In this document: positions 38,025-52,394 of the stretch, in pieces
Numbering within the stretch: the first letter of the stretch is position 1
Layout: each line of letters opens with the position of its first letter
From: Macrostomum hystrix
Lineage: Eukaryota > Animalia > Platyhelminthes
Reading direction: 5' to 3'
Assembly (NCBI GenBank): GCA_950097015.1
Contig: CATNEN010000025.1
Coordinates: forward strand, 3,286,001 to 3,350,000
Length of the DNA stretch: 64,000 nt
The notes under the pieces: model-generated
Databases searched by the model: none
What the model saw: the letters and a program-made list of their open reading frames with translations, nothing else
What the model was told of the DNA's origin: nothing
Program-made: the position numbers and the translations under genes

Positions 38025-39770
38025 CACATCTGGGATTGCGCATGCCGTCATTGGATAGCTCCTGATGTGCCGTCGATAATTCAGCATGCCAAACTTTGAC
38101 AATAACGATTTTTGCACCTCAAAAAACAATTAGCTCTTTTTACCTTTTAATGAACAAAAGTACAAATTTTCTAAGAATCATTACAAAAACTGAGAGGTTT
38201 TAAAGCTAAGGCCCTATTTGGCTATCACCGGGGTCGGTATGTTCTACACTTTCTTCTGTGTTCTACACAGGTGAGAGCCGAATAAACAAGACACAAATAA
38301 ACACAACAGAATAGCCTGACTCGATAAATTTATGTTCTAATTCACTGAATAAACAAATAAACACAGAGGATAAGCGAGACTAAGTAACATAGGGTTTAAA
38401 GCAATTTTACACAGATCTGCGTCTAGCACCAGCAGCAGATAATCAACCGTGTTCTCGTTCTGCTCCAGCAGCTGGCGCAGCCTCTCTGCATCCGTCTCCG
38501 ATAGCTCTGCGTAGAGTTTCTTATTAAGAAAATATAATTGTTAGCATAGATATTTTACTGTATATCATTGAGTGCAAATGGGGTTGACATATATCGCAGC
38601 TTGACAAGCTCATAAGCAACTTTTAAGAAAAGGTTTGGAGACTAGAGTTTAGAGAAAATTCAAGATTTCCTTCAATGTAACCACGAGCCACAAACAACCT
38701 TAATAGTTCCAGCGAGGGGCTCCCTCGAGCGTCCCGACGGCCTTGTTGGCGTACAGCAGCAGCACGGACTCCTTGGTCAGGTTGCACATCTTGACGGGGA
38801 TTCGGCCGTCGTCAGAGAGTCAGCACACGTGCAGGAAGCAGCGCCTTGGAGTGCTACGAAGTAAGTAAACTTCGTCGACCTGTCCACGCAGGTCTCGAGC
38901 ACCCCCTGACCCGGAGCCATATGACCTTCTTGCTCCCCGCCGGCAGCTCAGTGTTGACCGCCACGCGAGCCACCAGAACGTTTGGCACCAAGCGGTAACT
39001 GGCCTGTGGCTGCTAGCTGCTGAAAGCCGTCTCACTTTCGAAATGGAAGACGCCTTCCTTCATGTCCTTCATGTCGATGGTCTTCGCCTGCGAATCCAGG
39101 CCGATAAAGACGATACCGAGGATAAGTTTGGGACGGATGCTGTCCACTAAGGTAAAACCGTGCTGTCCTCGAAGCTCTCTGTCAATTGCGACCTCCACCG
39201 TCGTCAGGCCAAGGCAGCGCAGCGAAGAGCAGTTCTGCGCGCTCGTGTCAAGCAGGGCGGGCGAGCTGTGCCTGCCTTAACGCACGGGCACGAAGATGGA
39301 CGACGCTGATCTTTGGGCCCCTTGAGAGCGGGTCGGCGCTGGCCCCAGGCTGCCGACCCTCAGCAGTTTCCTTGCGGCTGTGCAGCTGGGGCCGGGCAGA
39401 CCGCCGCCAAGTGCCCCCCTCTCGGACACCGCCACATGATGTGGTCAAATTCGCCGTAGTTGAAGTACTTGATGGGGGCTTGTTTGTCTGCGGCTCTTGT
39501 CCGCACGCCTGCAGCCAGCTGCTGAACTTGCTGCTCCAGACGGCTGATCCACCTGTCCTCCGTCGTCATAGCTGCTGACGTCACCGATGGCTGGCAACAG
39601 ACCAACTACATTCAGGCAGCCCGGTCGATCAGGACTGTGAAACGGACAGGAGTCCACGTCCTGGCTTTGAGCAGCTGATCTCTCACATCTGCAAGGAGTA
39701 GGCGCATCAACCGGAACTTCACCTCCTTTTCCCTGGCGTCCACAGAGTCGTCCGGCCGAGCCCGTAGGCA
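38025..39770 (-). mobile_element. Degraded Ty3/Gypsy LTR-retrotransposon relic (gag knuckle, protease, linker, RT fragments)
   Basis: Mutated CX2CX4HX4C knuckle YFNYGEFDHIMWRC (39426-39467); protease-like TLVDS...ILGIVF; linker LLPARVL..GRIPVKMCNLT; pre-RT LSETDAERLRQLL; KFGMLNYRRHIRSY resembling FLGxxNYYRRFI. Multiple frameshifts and deletions; no LTRs found. Confidence 0.72.
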
Positions 39771-40194
39771 ATTAACTACCTCACTAACTGACCTATTACC
39801 TTACCTACTTACTTACTGATTTACTTACTCACTTTCTTTCACACTTTATTACCTACTCACTAACTTAGTCACTTACTGACTAACTTACAATCTAGTTGTA
39901 CTTTTACGAGCGTACACTGTGCGCATGCATTCGCATAACTATTGGGGCTCAGATGTGGAAGGCAATCTTGAACAAACACAAAGTTTATTTAGCTGGCCAA
40001 ATAATTTTTGCTAATGCAGTATTTTCGTGTCCCATTGCATCTTAGCGCTGCCCAACTACACGGAGTCTTGTGCAGATATTGACACTTCAATATAGACTAT
40101 AGAGAGACATACGCGTACTCAGTTGAGCAAAACAAGAAAGCCATTAGCTTTATAGAGTACTCCTACTCTAAATACACATCTCGCTGTTAGGGCC

Positions 40195-41595
40195 TGACAA
40201 ACTGACTGTCTGTGGGAGTTTAGTGCTGACAAACTGACTGTCTGTGGGAGTTTAGTGCTGACAAACTGACTGTCTGTGGGAGTTTAGTGCTGACAAACTG
40301 ACTGTCTGTGGGAGTTTAGTGCTGACAAACTGACTGTCTGTGGGAGTTTAGTGCTGACAAACTGACTGTCTGTGGGAGTTTAGTGCTGACAAACTGACTG
40401 TCTGTGGGAGTTTAGTGCTGAAACACTGACTGTCTGTGGGAGTTTAGTGCTGAAACACTGACTGTCTGTGGGAGTTTAGTGCTGAAACACTGACTGTCTG
40501 TGGGAGTTGAGTGCTGACAAACTGACTGTCTGTGGGAGTTGAGTGCTGACAAACTGACTGTCTGTGGGAGTTTAGTGCTGAAACACTGACTGTCTGTGGG
40601 AGTTGAGTGCTGAAACACTGACTGTCTGTGGGAGTTTAGTGCTGACAAACTGACTGTCTGTGGGAGTTAGTTGCTGACAAACTGACTGTCTGTAGGAGAT
40701 GGGTGCTGACAAACTGACTGTCTGTGGGAGTTGGGTGCTGACAAACTGACTGTCTGTGGGAGTTGAGTGCTGACAAACTGACTGTCTGTAGGAGATGGGT
40801 GCTGACAAACTGACTGTCTGAGGGAGATGGGTGCTGACAAACTGACTGTCTGAGGGAGATGGGTGCTGACAAACTGACTGTCTGAGGGAGATGGGTGCTG
40901 ACAAACTGACTGTCTGAGGGAGATGGGTGCTGACAAACTGACTGTCTGTGGGAGATGGGTGCTGACAAAGTGACTGTCTGAGGGAGATGGGTGCTGACAA
41001 ACTGACTGTCTGAGGGAGATGGGTGCTGACAAACTGACTGTCTGAGGGAGATGGGTGCTGACAAAGTGACTGTCTGAGGGAGATGGGTGCTGACAAACTG
41101 ACTGTCTGTGGGAGTTGGGTGCTGACAAACTGACTGTCTGAGGGAGATGGGTGCTGACAAACTGACTGTCTGAGGGAGATGGGTGCTGACAAACTGACTG
41201 TCTGAGGGAGATGGGTGCTGACAAACTGACTGTCTGAGGGAGATGGGTGCTGACAAACTGACTGTCTGAGGGAGATGGGTGCTGACAAACTGACTGTCTG
41301 AGGGAGATGGGTGCTGACAAACTGACTGTCTGAGGGAGATGGGTGCTGACAAAGTGACTGTCTGAGGGAGATGGGTGCTGACAAACTGACTGTCTGTGGG
41401 AGTTGGGTGCTGACAAACTGACTGTCTGAGGGAGATGGGTGCTGACAAACTGACTGTCTGAGGGAGATGGGTGCTGACAAACTGACTGTCTGAGGGAGAT
41501 GGGTGCTGACAAACTGACTGTCTGTGGGAGTTGGGTGCTGACAAACTGACTGTCTGAGGGAGATGGGTGCTGACAAACTGACTGTCTGTGGAGCT
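40195..41595. repeat. 32-bp minisatellite GTGCTGACAAACTGACTGTCTG(T/A)GGGAG(TTTA/ATGG)
   Basis: About 44 copies. Confidence 0.95.
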
Positions 41596-42417
41596 CAGTT
41601 GCTGGCAAACTAACAGCATCGTGACTAAGTGCTCGCGCACTAAAGCAAGTACCCTTTCAAGCAAACAATGAACTGTTTATTTAGCATATTTAGTGTTCAG
41701 CCAAGGCTTCAAATTGAGCTTTTGTCAATTCAGTGCTTTTTCGTAGTTAAAATGGTTATTTTTATGCTTTCAAAATCGATTTCCTTACGCATAGAAATTT
41801 GAGCTCACATACTGACATAGGACTATAGGATTTGAAGTTTGATCTACCGTGAGACCGCACAAAATTATAATCTTATTGTTTACTAATCGAGTACAAAAAG
41901 AGTAACCACAGTATCTCGCCCATTCTCTCCCCCAAACAAAATATCCAGGGTTGGGGTGTTTTTTGTTCAGCAAATGACAGCTCCACAATCACCCCCAAGT
42001 ATGGAGTTTCATGTGAAAGCCCCAGTTGCGCCGTAAACAGAAAGATCAAAGGGATTTTATTCGTATCTCGGTGCTGTATTTAATGCGTAATTGCTTATCT
42101 TATTCTCCTTGAAAATGAAAGCTGCGCCTTGTGCAACACGGGCTCGCAAAATATATTTACGATGTGATTACGCGTCTCAAGGCCAGCAGGCAAGATGTGC
42201 GTGACATCAAGGCCAGATTTTCCGGGTTTCTATTTTTAGATACAGATTCTGATCTAAGAGCGCGACTAGCTGATGCCGCGAAATGCTGTTTGATGACGAC
42301 CGGTTTTGAATCAAGCAGATTAATCCAGTTCGTCATTCGTGGGGCTATGAAAATTGTAATTTCATACATTAGATTTCCCATCAATGTCGCAGAATAAACT
42401 GTACGTTCCGTTTAGCT

Positions 42418-43043
42418 CAGGGGTAGGCAAACTTATTTGCTGGCGGGCAAAAGAGAAAACCTAAAAGACGACAGCGGGCCGCATTGACTGTATAAATATG
42501 AGATAGAGGAGAGATGAGACACGGGAGAGATGAGACACGGGAGAGATTAGACACGGGAGAGATTAGACACAGAAAGATGATACACCAGAGAGATGAGACA
42601 CGGGAGAGATAAGACAGGGGAGAGATTAGACACGGGAGAGATGAGAAACAGGAGAGATGAGAAACAGGAGAGACGAGACACGGGAGAGATGAGACACGGG
42701 AGAGACGAGACACGGGAGAGATGAGACACGGGAGAGACGAGACACGGGAGAGATGAGACACGGGAGAGATGAGACACGGGAGAGATGAGACACGGGAGAG
42801 ATTAGACACGGGAGAGATAAGACACGGGAGAGATGAGACACGGGAGAGATTAGACACGGGAGAGATGAGACACGGGAGAGATTAGACACGGGAGAGATGA
42901 GACACGGGAGAGATTAGACACGGGAGAGATTAGACACGAGAGAGATGAAACAGGACACTGCAGATGTCAGAAGGGGCAACGGGCCGGATTTGGGAGCTTC
43001 GAGGGCCGCATCTGGCCCGCGTGCCGGAGTTTGCCGACCCCTG
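42418..43043 (-). mobile_element. hAT (Buster-type) MITE, copy 3, 626 bp
   Basis: Reverse-complement of copy 1 termini; TSD gtttagct/ctttagct; ~440 bp internal minisatellite. Confidence 0.9.
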
Positions 43044-43620
43044 CTTTAGCTAATAAAATAAGCGAATAGTAACGAAAGCAAGCTTCAAGTGGGACCCGAG
43101 TCACCAAAGAAGTACATTATATCACGCTAATTTAATTGTTAATTGTAAACAGAATGTACAGTGAAAAAAGCGGAAGGGCCATGTGGTAATCAAGCGGGAT
43201 ATTCAGCTATTTTTTTCGCTTCAAAGTTTACCTGCTTTGGCAGAAATTTTTTAAAGAAATGAAACAGCCAGAAATTCACAGAAATGGTTTCGGTCGCGTT
43301 GGCATCTTGCTTGTAAAGCAATCTAATAAACGTACAGCAGAAAACAATTTAGACAGAAATTGGCACTGAGCATTTTTGTTCTATTTTTAAGTGATATTCA
43401 GAGTCAATTGCCAGAAGGAAGACAAGCAGAAGTCTGTCAACCAGAAGAATGAATTTTTAAAACTAATTCTGATCATTGGCAGTTTGGTATTCTCTTATTA
43501 AAATAGTAAGATAAAAGCTGACCAGGACGGTAAACACAAAGTGACAAACGATTAGCACATCAAAAGAGACGTCAAAAACAACACTGATATGGGAGGGCAT
43601 AGTGGCAGCAGGACAATTGG

Positions 43621-45429
43621 CTAAGGAGTTCCGTTCAACTCAACGGCAGCCCGCCTGAAGTAGGCGATGAGCCTCGCCAGCCCGGCCCTGTAGTTCCCGT
43701 CGGAGGAGCCGGAAGCTTCGTTGACTGCCTGGTCGGTGACCTCGCCGCCGCCGGACCGGTGCACGTGAGCGAAGTCGACGGCGCGAAGCACGACAGAGTC
43801 GGCGTCGTCCAACGGATGCGACGGCGCAGCCTCGTAGGCGATAAGCAGCGAGCTGGCGTAGAAGTGGTAGGCTCTCTGCACGGCGAACCAAGAGTCCAAC
43901 TGCTCGAGCTTAGCTGCCACCACCGCAGCCACGGCCCCTCCGCGGCCAAGCGAGCCGGCCGCAGACAAGAACGGCAAGAAGCCCTTGCTGTAGACGGCTT
44001 CCGCGTCCAGCGAGCGGCCGTGCATGATGGAATAGACGCGTGGCTCGGTGCGGCCGGCCAGCGGCACTCGGAAGCCGGTGATGACGAAGCCCAATTGGCC
44101 CCGGTGCATGTACATCGCCCGCTGAAGCAGCCGCTTCGAGGCTGGCGCGCCCGGCGGAGCTGACAGGCCGCCCATCTTGCAGTCCATCACGCACGGTCGG
44201 TGAAGTCGCCGCAATGCGTCGCCAAGGCCCAGGTAGAGCTGTCCATCGGCCTGGCGAGACCGGTACAGGCCGCGATAATCCGCCAGGAACGGCCTGAGAC
44301 CCTCCAGGCTTGGCGAAGCTGCGGCGAATCTATAAAAGGCCACTTCTCGCGGCCCCTTCGGCGGCCGCTGCACCGGCTTGTAGAGATCGCCGGCCTGGCC
44401 TGAGAGAATCGGTGATTTGCGCCAGAACAACAAGCCCCGACCGCCCACCTGGTAAAGGTGCGAGAATGCCAGGATGCGAGCGTTATTATCAACTTATTAG
44501 CTGGCGATAGAAACTCCATATTCACATTATTTACCTGATGCGGGTACTCTGTCAGACTAACTGGCAAGTCTTGAACCTCACATTCAGCGTTGATTTCATG
44601 ATCGTAGTCCGTCAGCTGGTCCTTCCGCTCGCCACTCGTGCCGCCTCTGCCGCCGATGGAGGCGACGGCGGCTTTGCACGCGTGAGCAATTTGTTCTGTC
44701 GAACAGTGAATCTCTTTAGCGGCTCAACTTGGTTAGGTTAGCGAACCACTGGAGAATGGGCCTGGTAATCAAAGCTGAAGGGATTTGGACTTGAAGTAAG
44801 CTTTGCAAGCTTTGCCGGCATGCGGCCTTTTGGGTCGTCCGAGTTGGGGTTTTTGGGGGCCAACTCTGCGGCTTCCTGGCCGTGCCTCTGAGTGTATTTA
44901 TGCCTTTGCGAGTCGCTCCCCTCGCTGCTCGTCCCGCTTCTGCTCCCGCTCTGTCCTATGGCTTTCCATTGCTTCCGTCCTCCCCTTCTCTCCTTCCCCC
45001 GCTCTCTCCCTGTGCCTCAAACGGCTCCTCTTTGCCCAGCTAGCCCCCACCGGGTATTACCGGCTCCTCTCCTCCAGCAGGTGCTGTCATGGCAACCCGA
45101 AAGCTGACAGCGCTTCCAAGCTCACTCTCTATTGAGTTGAGGGGAAACAGTGGAAGTATATAAAGCTCTGGTAAATTGCGCAGCAACTCAGCACGGGAGA
45201 CAGAAAGAGAACGGTCCGGGAAATTGAGAAGAAAGGCGAGGTTGGAGGTTTGGGGTGGCTTATTGTGCCTCAGCTATTTCCCTAACCTTGGCCCCTCAAC
45301 CGCCAGAAGATCCCAACAAACACCCTGGGAATAAATCACCCCACGGAGGGCCAAAAAAGACGTCGGGAGGAAATTTTGTGAGGCGACGTCAGCCATGCGC
45401 TGCGACTCACCGGTTGCGCTCTGTAGCAT
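43621..45429 (-). CDS. IPMK: Inositol polyphosphate multikinase (IPK family), 335 aa. Exons 45429-45411, 44695-44535, 44448-43621
   Basis: YPHQ|VGG N-terminal motif split by an 86-nt GT-AG intron; PCVMDCKMG (PxxxDxKxG), GFVITGFRV, HGRSL, SSLLIAY and VDFAH motifs. ATG exon MLQSAT with GTGAGT donor (phase 1) joins in frame; total 1008 nt. Confidence 0.88.
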
Positions 45430-45944
45430 GAAGGAGCAAGCACACATACATACACACTGGGTGAGAAAGAACTTTTGAGTTTATTCCCTTGCCATATGGG
45501 ACAGAAACACTTAACAATGGCATGAAATCCTAATATTCATACAAGCTCGTAGGGGATCGGATCGCAAGTGAAGGGGCTCGTTTTGTCTGGGTCACATGAC
45601 GACTGAATAATTCGAGAGGCATTGTGCTGAAAATGTGCTGGAGATTTAGCAGTATTTTGTTGCTAGTAGTTCAATTTACTGTTGCTTATTTCGTTCTGCA
45701 ACATACTTCCTTAGTTACTTTCTGTTTCCACATTTATTCAAAAGATGCTTCATTAAACAAGTTGACAAGTCTGTCATGCTCTTTTCTATTTTTGTCCTGA
45801 TGTCATCTATTTGTATCATTTGGGAATGTAGTTTTGTCAAGTGGGCATTTATGTTCGTTATATTTGCCACCTGTTTGTCATGCTGTCTTCTATTTTCCTC
45901 ATGTTGTCATCTATGTTTATCTTTTGGTCATTTACGCTTGTCAT

Positions 45945-46395
45945 AAAGTCATCTACTCTTGTCATACTGTCATCTACTCTTGTCATACTGTCATCTACTC
46001 TTGTCATACAGTCATCTACTCTTGTCATACTGTCATCTACTCTTGTCATACTGTCATCTACTCTTGTCATACTGTCATCTACTCTTGTCATACTGTCATC
46101 TACTCTTGTCATACTGTCATCTACTCTTGTCATACAGTCATCTACTCTTGTCATACTGTCATCTACTCTTGTCATACTGTCATCTACTCTTGTCATACTG
46201 TCATCTACTCTTGTCATACTGTCATCTACTCTTGTCATACAGTCATCTACTCTTGTCATACTGTCATCTACTCTTGTCATACTGTCATCTACTCTTGTCA
46301 TACTGTCATCTACTCTTGTCATACTGTCATCTACTCTTGTCATACTGTCATCTACTCTTGTCATACTGTCATCTACTCTTGTCATACTGTCATCT
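45945..46395. repeat. 21-bp minisatellite ACTCTTGTCATACTGTCATCT
   Basis: About 21 copies. Confidence 0.95.
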
Positions 46396-46844
46396 ATTGT
46401 CTTGAATTAAATAAACCATATTTTACATCGATTTACGAGTTTCAAGTGAAATTTTACACCGTACTACTTATAGAAACCTCCGAGTAGTCGATTGAGGGCG
46501 ATCACAATTTTGGATGCAAAAGTAATTAAAAAATCAGAGAAGATTAACGCTTCAGCTAATCTAAGTAAGTGAAGCCTACTAAGTTACTTCTGAAAGGGTT
46601 GAGCACTGAGACATGCATGAGTCCTCGTACTCAACTTCCAATGAGAAATCAACTTCGGAAAGTTAATTGAATCGGGGTATGATTAGGGGCACTGAAGGCC
46701 AGATCGTTCTCTTGCAATAAGACAGACAGTAACTCGCAAAGATTACTCTGAAGATTAATGTTAACCTTTTCAGATACACCCAGAGTAACCAAAGTCGAAC
46801 ATAATTTTCGAAAGGGAGTGCCAAACACGATATGCACACATGCC

Positions 46845-48080
46845 ACATCACAGTATAAACTGGCTTAAGAGAGTGACCAACATCACAGTATAAACTGGCT
46901 AAAGAGAGTGACCAACATCACAGTATAAACTGGCTAAAGAGAGTGACCAACACCACAGTATAAACTGGCTAAAGAGAGTGACCAACATCACAGTATAAAC
47001 TGGCTAAAGAGAGTGACCAACATCACAGTATAAACTGGCTAAAGAGAGTGACCAACATCACAGTATAAACTGGCTAAAGAGAGTGACCAACATCACAGTA
47101 TAAACTGGCTAAAGAGAGTGACCAACATCACAGTATAAACTGGCTAAAGAGAGTGACCAACATCACAGTATAAACTGGCTAAAGAGAGTGACCAACATCA
47201 CAGTATAAACTGGCTAAAGAGAGTGACCAACATCACAGTATAAACTGGCTAAAGAGAGTGACCAACATCACAGTATAAACTGGCTAAAGAGAGTGACCAA
47301 CATCACTCTAAACTGGCTAAAGAGAGTGACCAACATCACAGTATAAACTGGCTAAAGAGAGTGACCAACATCACAGTATAAACTGGCTAAAGAGAGTGAC
47401 CAACATCACAGTATAAACTGGCTAAAGAGAGTGACCAACATCACAGTATAAACTGGCTAAAGAGAGTGACCAACATCACAGTATAAACTGGCTAAAGAGA
47501 GTGACCAACATCACAGTATAACCTGGCTCAAGAGAGTGACCAACATCACAGTATAAACTGGCTAAAGAGAGTGACCAACATCACAGTATAAACTGGCTAA
47601 AGAGAGTGACCAACATCACAGTATAAACTGGCTAAAGAGAGTGACCAACATCACAGTATAAACTGGCTAAAGAGAGTGACCAACATCACAGTATAAACTG
47701 GCTAAAGAGAGTGACCAACATCACAGTATAAACTGGCTAAAGAGAGTGACCAACATCACAGTATAAACTGGCTAAAGAGAGTGACCAACATCACAGTATA
47801 AACTGGCTAAAGAGAGTGACCAACATCACAGTATAAACTGGCTAAAGAGAGTGACCAACATCACAGTATAAACTGGCTAAAGAGAGTGACCAACATCACA
47901 GTATAAACTGGCTAAAGAGAGTGACCAACATCACAGCATAAACTGGCTAAAGAGAGTGACCAACATCACTTTAAACTGGCTAAAGAGAGTGACCAACATC
48001 ACAGTATAAACTGGCTAAAGAGAGTGACCAACATCACAGTATAAACTGGCTAAAGAGAGTGACCAACATCACTCTAAACT
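46845..48080. repeat. 35-bp minisatellite CATCACAGTATAAACTGGCTAAAGAGAGTGACCAA
   Basis: About 35 near-identical copies. Confidence 0.96.
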
Positions 48081-49657
48081 GTCTGTATTCTCGAAAAGGA
48101 CTTTAAGATATAACCTTATTTAACATCTTATGTGTAGACTCTAGAAAATTGAAAGTGAGTTCTTAAGAACCGCCGCCAATCTGATCGATTGCATCGGCAC
48201 GAATGCCACATGGGATCGACCTCTGGCAAAAACGCGATTTCTGTTGCTGAGGCCAATGGCTCCCGAAATTTGGCGGTGGCTGATTGATTGTTGCTCTAAT
48301 TAATAATTATTGCCACCCAGGGATCTGGGAAAACTTGTAGGAGAATAAATTCAATTTCTTCTGCCCGAAAGAAAATGTAAATCATAATTTTTTTCTATTT
48401 CTATGATTCGTGAATTTAGTTTAACTTCGCGTACATTTGAGTTTTAATTTACCACTCAATTCGTTAATTTGTTAGCTAGAATTTATTTTTAAATGAATTC
48501 GACAAATAATGACTTTCTCAATTTCCTTTCAGATTTTTGAGGCACTTCGTTTGCGAGTGGGATAAATTTCCGCAGACTATCGAAGATTTCTGGTTAAGAA
48601 ATGGGCAGACGAACCTGGTTGGCAGCTTTCCGAGTCGTTTCGCTCCCGTTTAAGCCGTCCAGCAGCAGCAGCAGCCGCAGCCGCCACCACTATCAAAAAT
48701 CCCTCCTTACAAGCAGTTATCTGCACTTAACTTAACTGTAGGCAAGCACATTTCGGCGATCGAATACCAAAGACGGATGACCCGACAGACAGGCTGAGAG
48801 GAGAGGGTGGATATGCTTGTTGTTTATCTCCCCATATCACTAAGGGCATGCCTATTCCTATTCCAGCATGCGAGTCTCTTTCATTGAAAAGTGCTCAAAC
48901 TGGCCATTTCGACTCTTATACCCCCATGCCTCGCTCAATCCTTGCTGTCTCTCTCTCTTTATTTCCATCTCGGCTTGAGTTCATCTCGACGCACAGCCGC
49001 CCTGCTTGCGAACAAATTCCTGAGAAGTGGTATCTGAACTCTCTAAAGCAGGTTTTTATGCCAAAAATGCATCGCTACTTTGTTTATTATGTTGTCTGAC
49101 GAACCGAAAACATCGAAAATGTGATTTCTCCCTATTCAATTGACTCCTGAGCAGACACTCACAATAGGAGTGTACATCTGTCCTGACTGGGGTTGTGAAT
49201 TGAGAATTCGCCGAGGGCCATCAGATAGATTGAATGAGCTTGAAGTGACACGTCTCTAAGCTATTTTGAAAACAATGGCTTGCATTTCTAGTTTAGCCAG
49301 TTCGACCTTTGCTTATAGATAACACCTGCAATTACCATGTTTACAAGCGGCTTGCAGTGTGTTTTTATCTTCTGGCTTAAATGTGACTTCCCTTTGGTTT
49401 ACTTCCTGTGAACAGCAGATTTTTATCATTGAAAATGTTTTTGGTCAAAGTTGAAGGCCGCGACTTAAACGATTTGGTATTTCCTGAAAGTAAAATTTGA
49501 TTCGCCACATAAATTTTCTCACCTAATCCGCATTAACTGGCACAGGAATTCGCCTGGAAACTGTGAAACTCTATTTATAAATTCACCGATTCCCAACATG
49601 GCTGCCCTGAATTAAGCAACGGACTGAATGTGCTTTTTTAGAACGTTAGTCAGATTA

Positions 49658-50559
<902 letters not shown>

Positions 50560-51099
50560 GCTGAAAGCAGTTCAGCATGTGCGCAGCCAAAAGTGCATTG
50601 CCTGGTGCCCAATCTGCAGTGAAAGTCTGGCATCCTAAAAGCATTTCACGCGATCCGTCACAGGTAAATTAGTATTTTTTTCATAAAGATGCAGAGCCGA
50701 GCGCCAGGCGATGGAGTTGGTTGGCGCTGGTTTGCAGACAGACAGCACGGCAATCGAGCCCTGGCCCTAATCCAATCTCGCATGTCGACGCCAGAAACAA
50801 ATGCTTTCAAGCCGCCAAGTGCGCCGATATTTTTAGTAAAAAGCATGTCAAAAAGTGAAGGCTATTGAAGGCTGCCATCGCGATGCTTTTCCAAAAGGCA
50901 TTTTTTTAAGGAAGCGTTCCATGAGCTCGCATTTTTAGTAGCAATCACAGACCACGATGCATAGCAACAAGCTTACAAAATACGAGCTGGGAATACTAAT
51001 GTGAGCACAACAAACTTTAGAACTGTTTTTTGAGTACTGCAGCTAGTACTGCGAATGCACAGGATGGCAACATTTATTCGACACACATTCCGCATTCAG

Positions 51100-51800
51100 T
51101 TGAAATGCAATCGACATTCATTTAACATTCAATCCACATTCAATCGACATTAAATTGACATTCAATCGACATTCACTTAACATTCAATCTACACTCAATA
51201 TACATGACATTGACATTTAATCAGCATTCAATCGGAATCGAAATTCAATCGAAATTTAACATACTTTCAATCGACATCCAATCGACATTCAATCGACATC
51301 AAATCTACTTTCAATATACTCGTACATTCAATGTATATTCAATCCAATTTCAATCAACATTCAATCTACATTCAATCGTCATTCAATCGACATTCAATCC
51401 AATTTCAATCAACATTCAATCTACATTCAATCAACATTCAATCAACATTCTATCGACATTCAATCAACATTCTATCGACATTCAATCAACAATCAATCAA
51501 CATTCAATCTACATTCAATCTAAATTCAAATCGGAATTCACTCTGTATTAAATCTACATTCAATTTGCATTCAATCTACACTCAATCGACATTCAAATGA
51601 AATTAAACATTAAACCTACATTCAATCGACATTCAATCGACATTCAATTCACATTCAGTCGACATTCAATCTACTTCAATGCTTGGAATCTACATTCAAT
51701 CGATATTCAATGGACATTCAATCTACATTTAATCTGCGTTTAATCGAAATTTAATCGACATTTAATCAACAAAAACTTTTACATCCAACACACATTCAAT
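51100..51800. repeat. Degenerate 11-bp repeat TTCAATCGACA
   Basis: Direct inspection. Confidence 0.85.
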
Positions 51801-52394
51801 CGAAGTCATAATACAATAATTAGTCATGTTTTGCCATTCATTCAATTTTATAATTGTAGAGTTTTCAACAGGCTTGACAACAAAAAATTTACACGTCATC
51901 TCTGTTCCTTCCTCCATGCCTATTCGCTACCACAGTCTCCTAAAAGAAGATATTTTGCAATCTCATCAAAGGTTCAGTTTAAAATATGTTCGATTCCATT
52001 CTGTCCCTGCATTGCACTCTTCTGCAATTCTCAGATACTGTCCGCCGTGTCTAGTACTTACTGCTAGTAGTTGCATTAATAAATCAAATTAGGACTAGCC
52101 AGCAAGCGAGCCACTGCCCTTGTCTGCGCACCCACCTCACTCCGTTCTGTGTAGTTTCAAATTCTGCAGCCGCTTTTCAGGGGGCTGGCAGGAAAACAGT
52201 GAAGTGAATATTGACAAAAGCAACAAAAGCTGCAGAATGGTTAAATAAGGGGCAACTAGAATGATAGCCGGTGGCCACTGCACATTGCTCTAGAATGGTA
52301 TTGCTGCTTTTTTCTATCGGTTAAGCTTCATACCCAATGCACTTTCTTAACATCTTTGTCCCCCTTTATCCTCATTTTACCTCTCTGATCCAAT

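Noticed and set aside
38517-38705. Spliceable intron in a domesticated Gypsy gene
   Set aside because: An in-frame stop precedes the putative donor and the element has many frameshifts.
43635-44567. Overlapping alternative-frame and antisense ORFs at IPMK (and at ODF3, 5560-6490)
   Set aside because: Typical shadow ORFs of GC-rich coding sequence.
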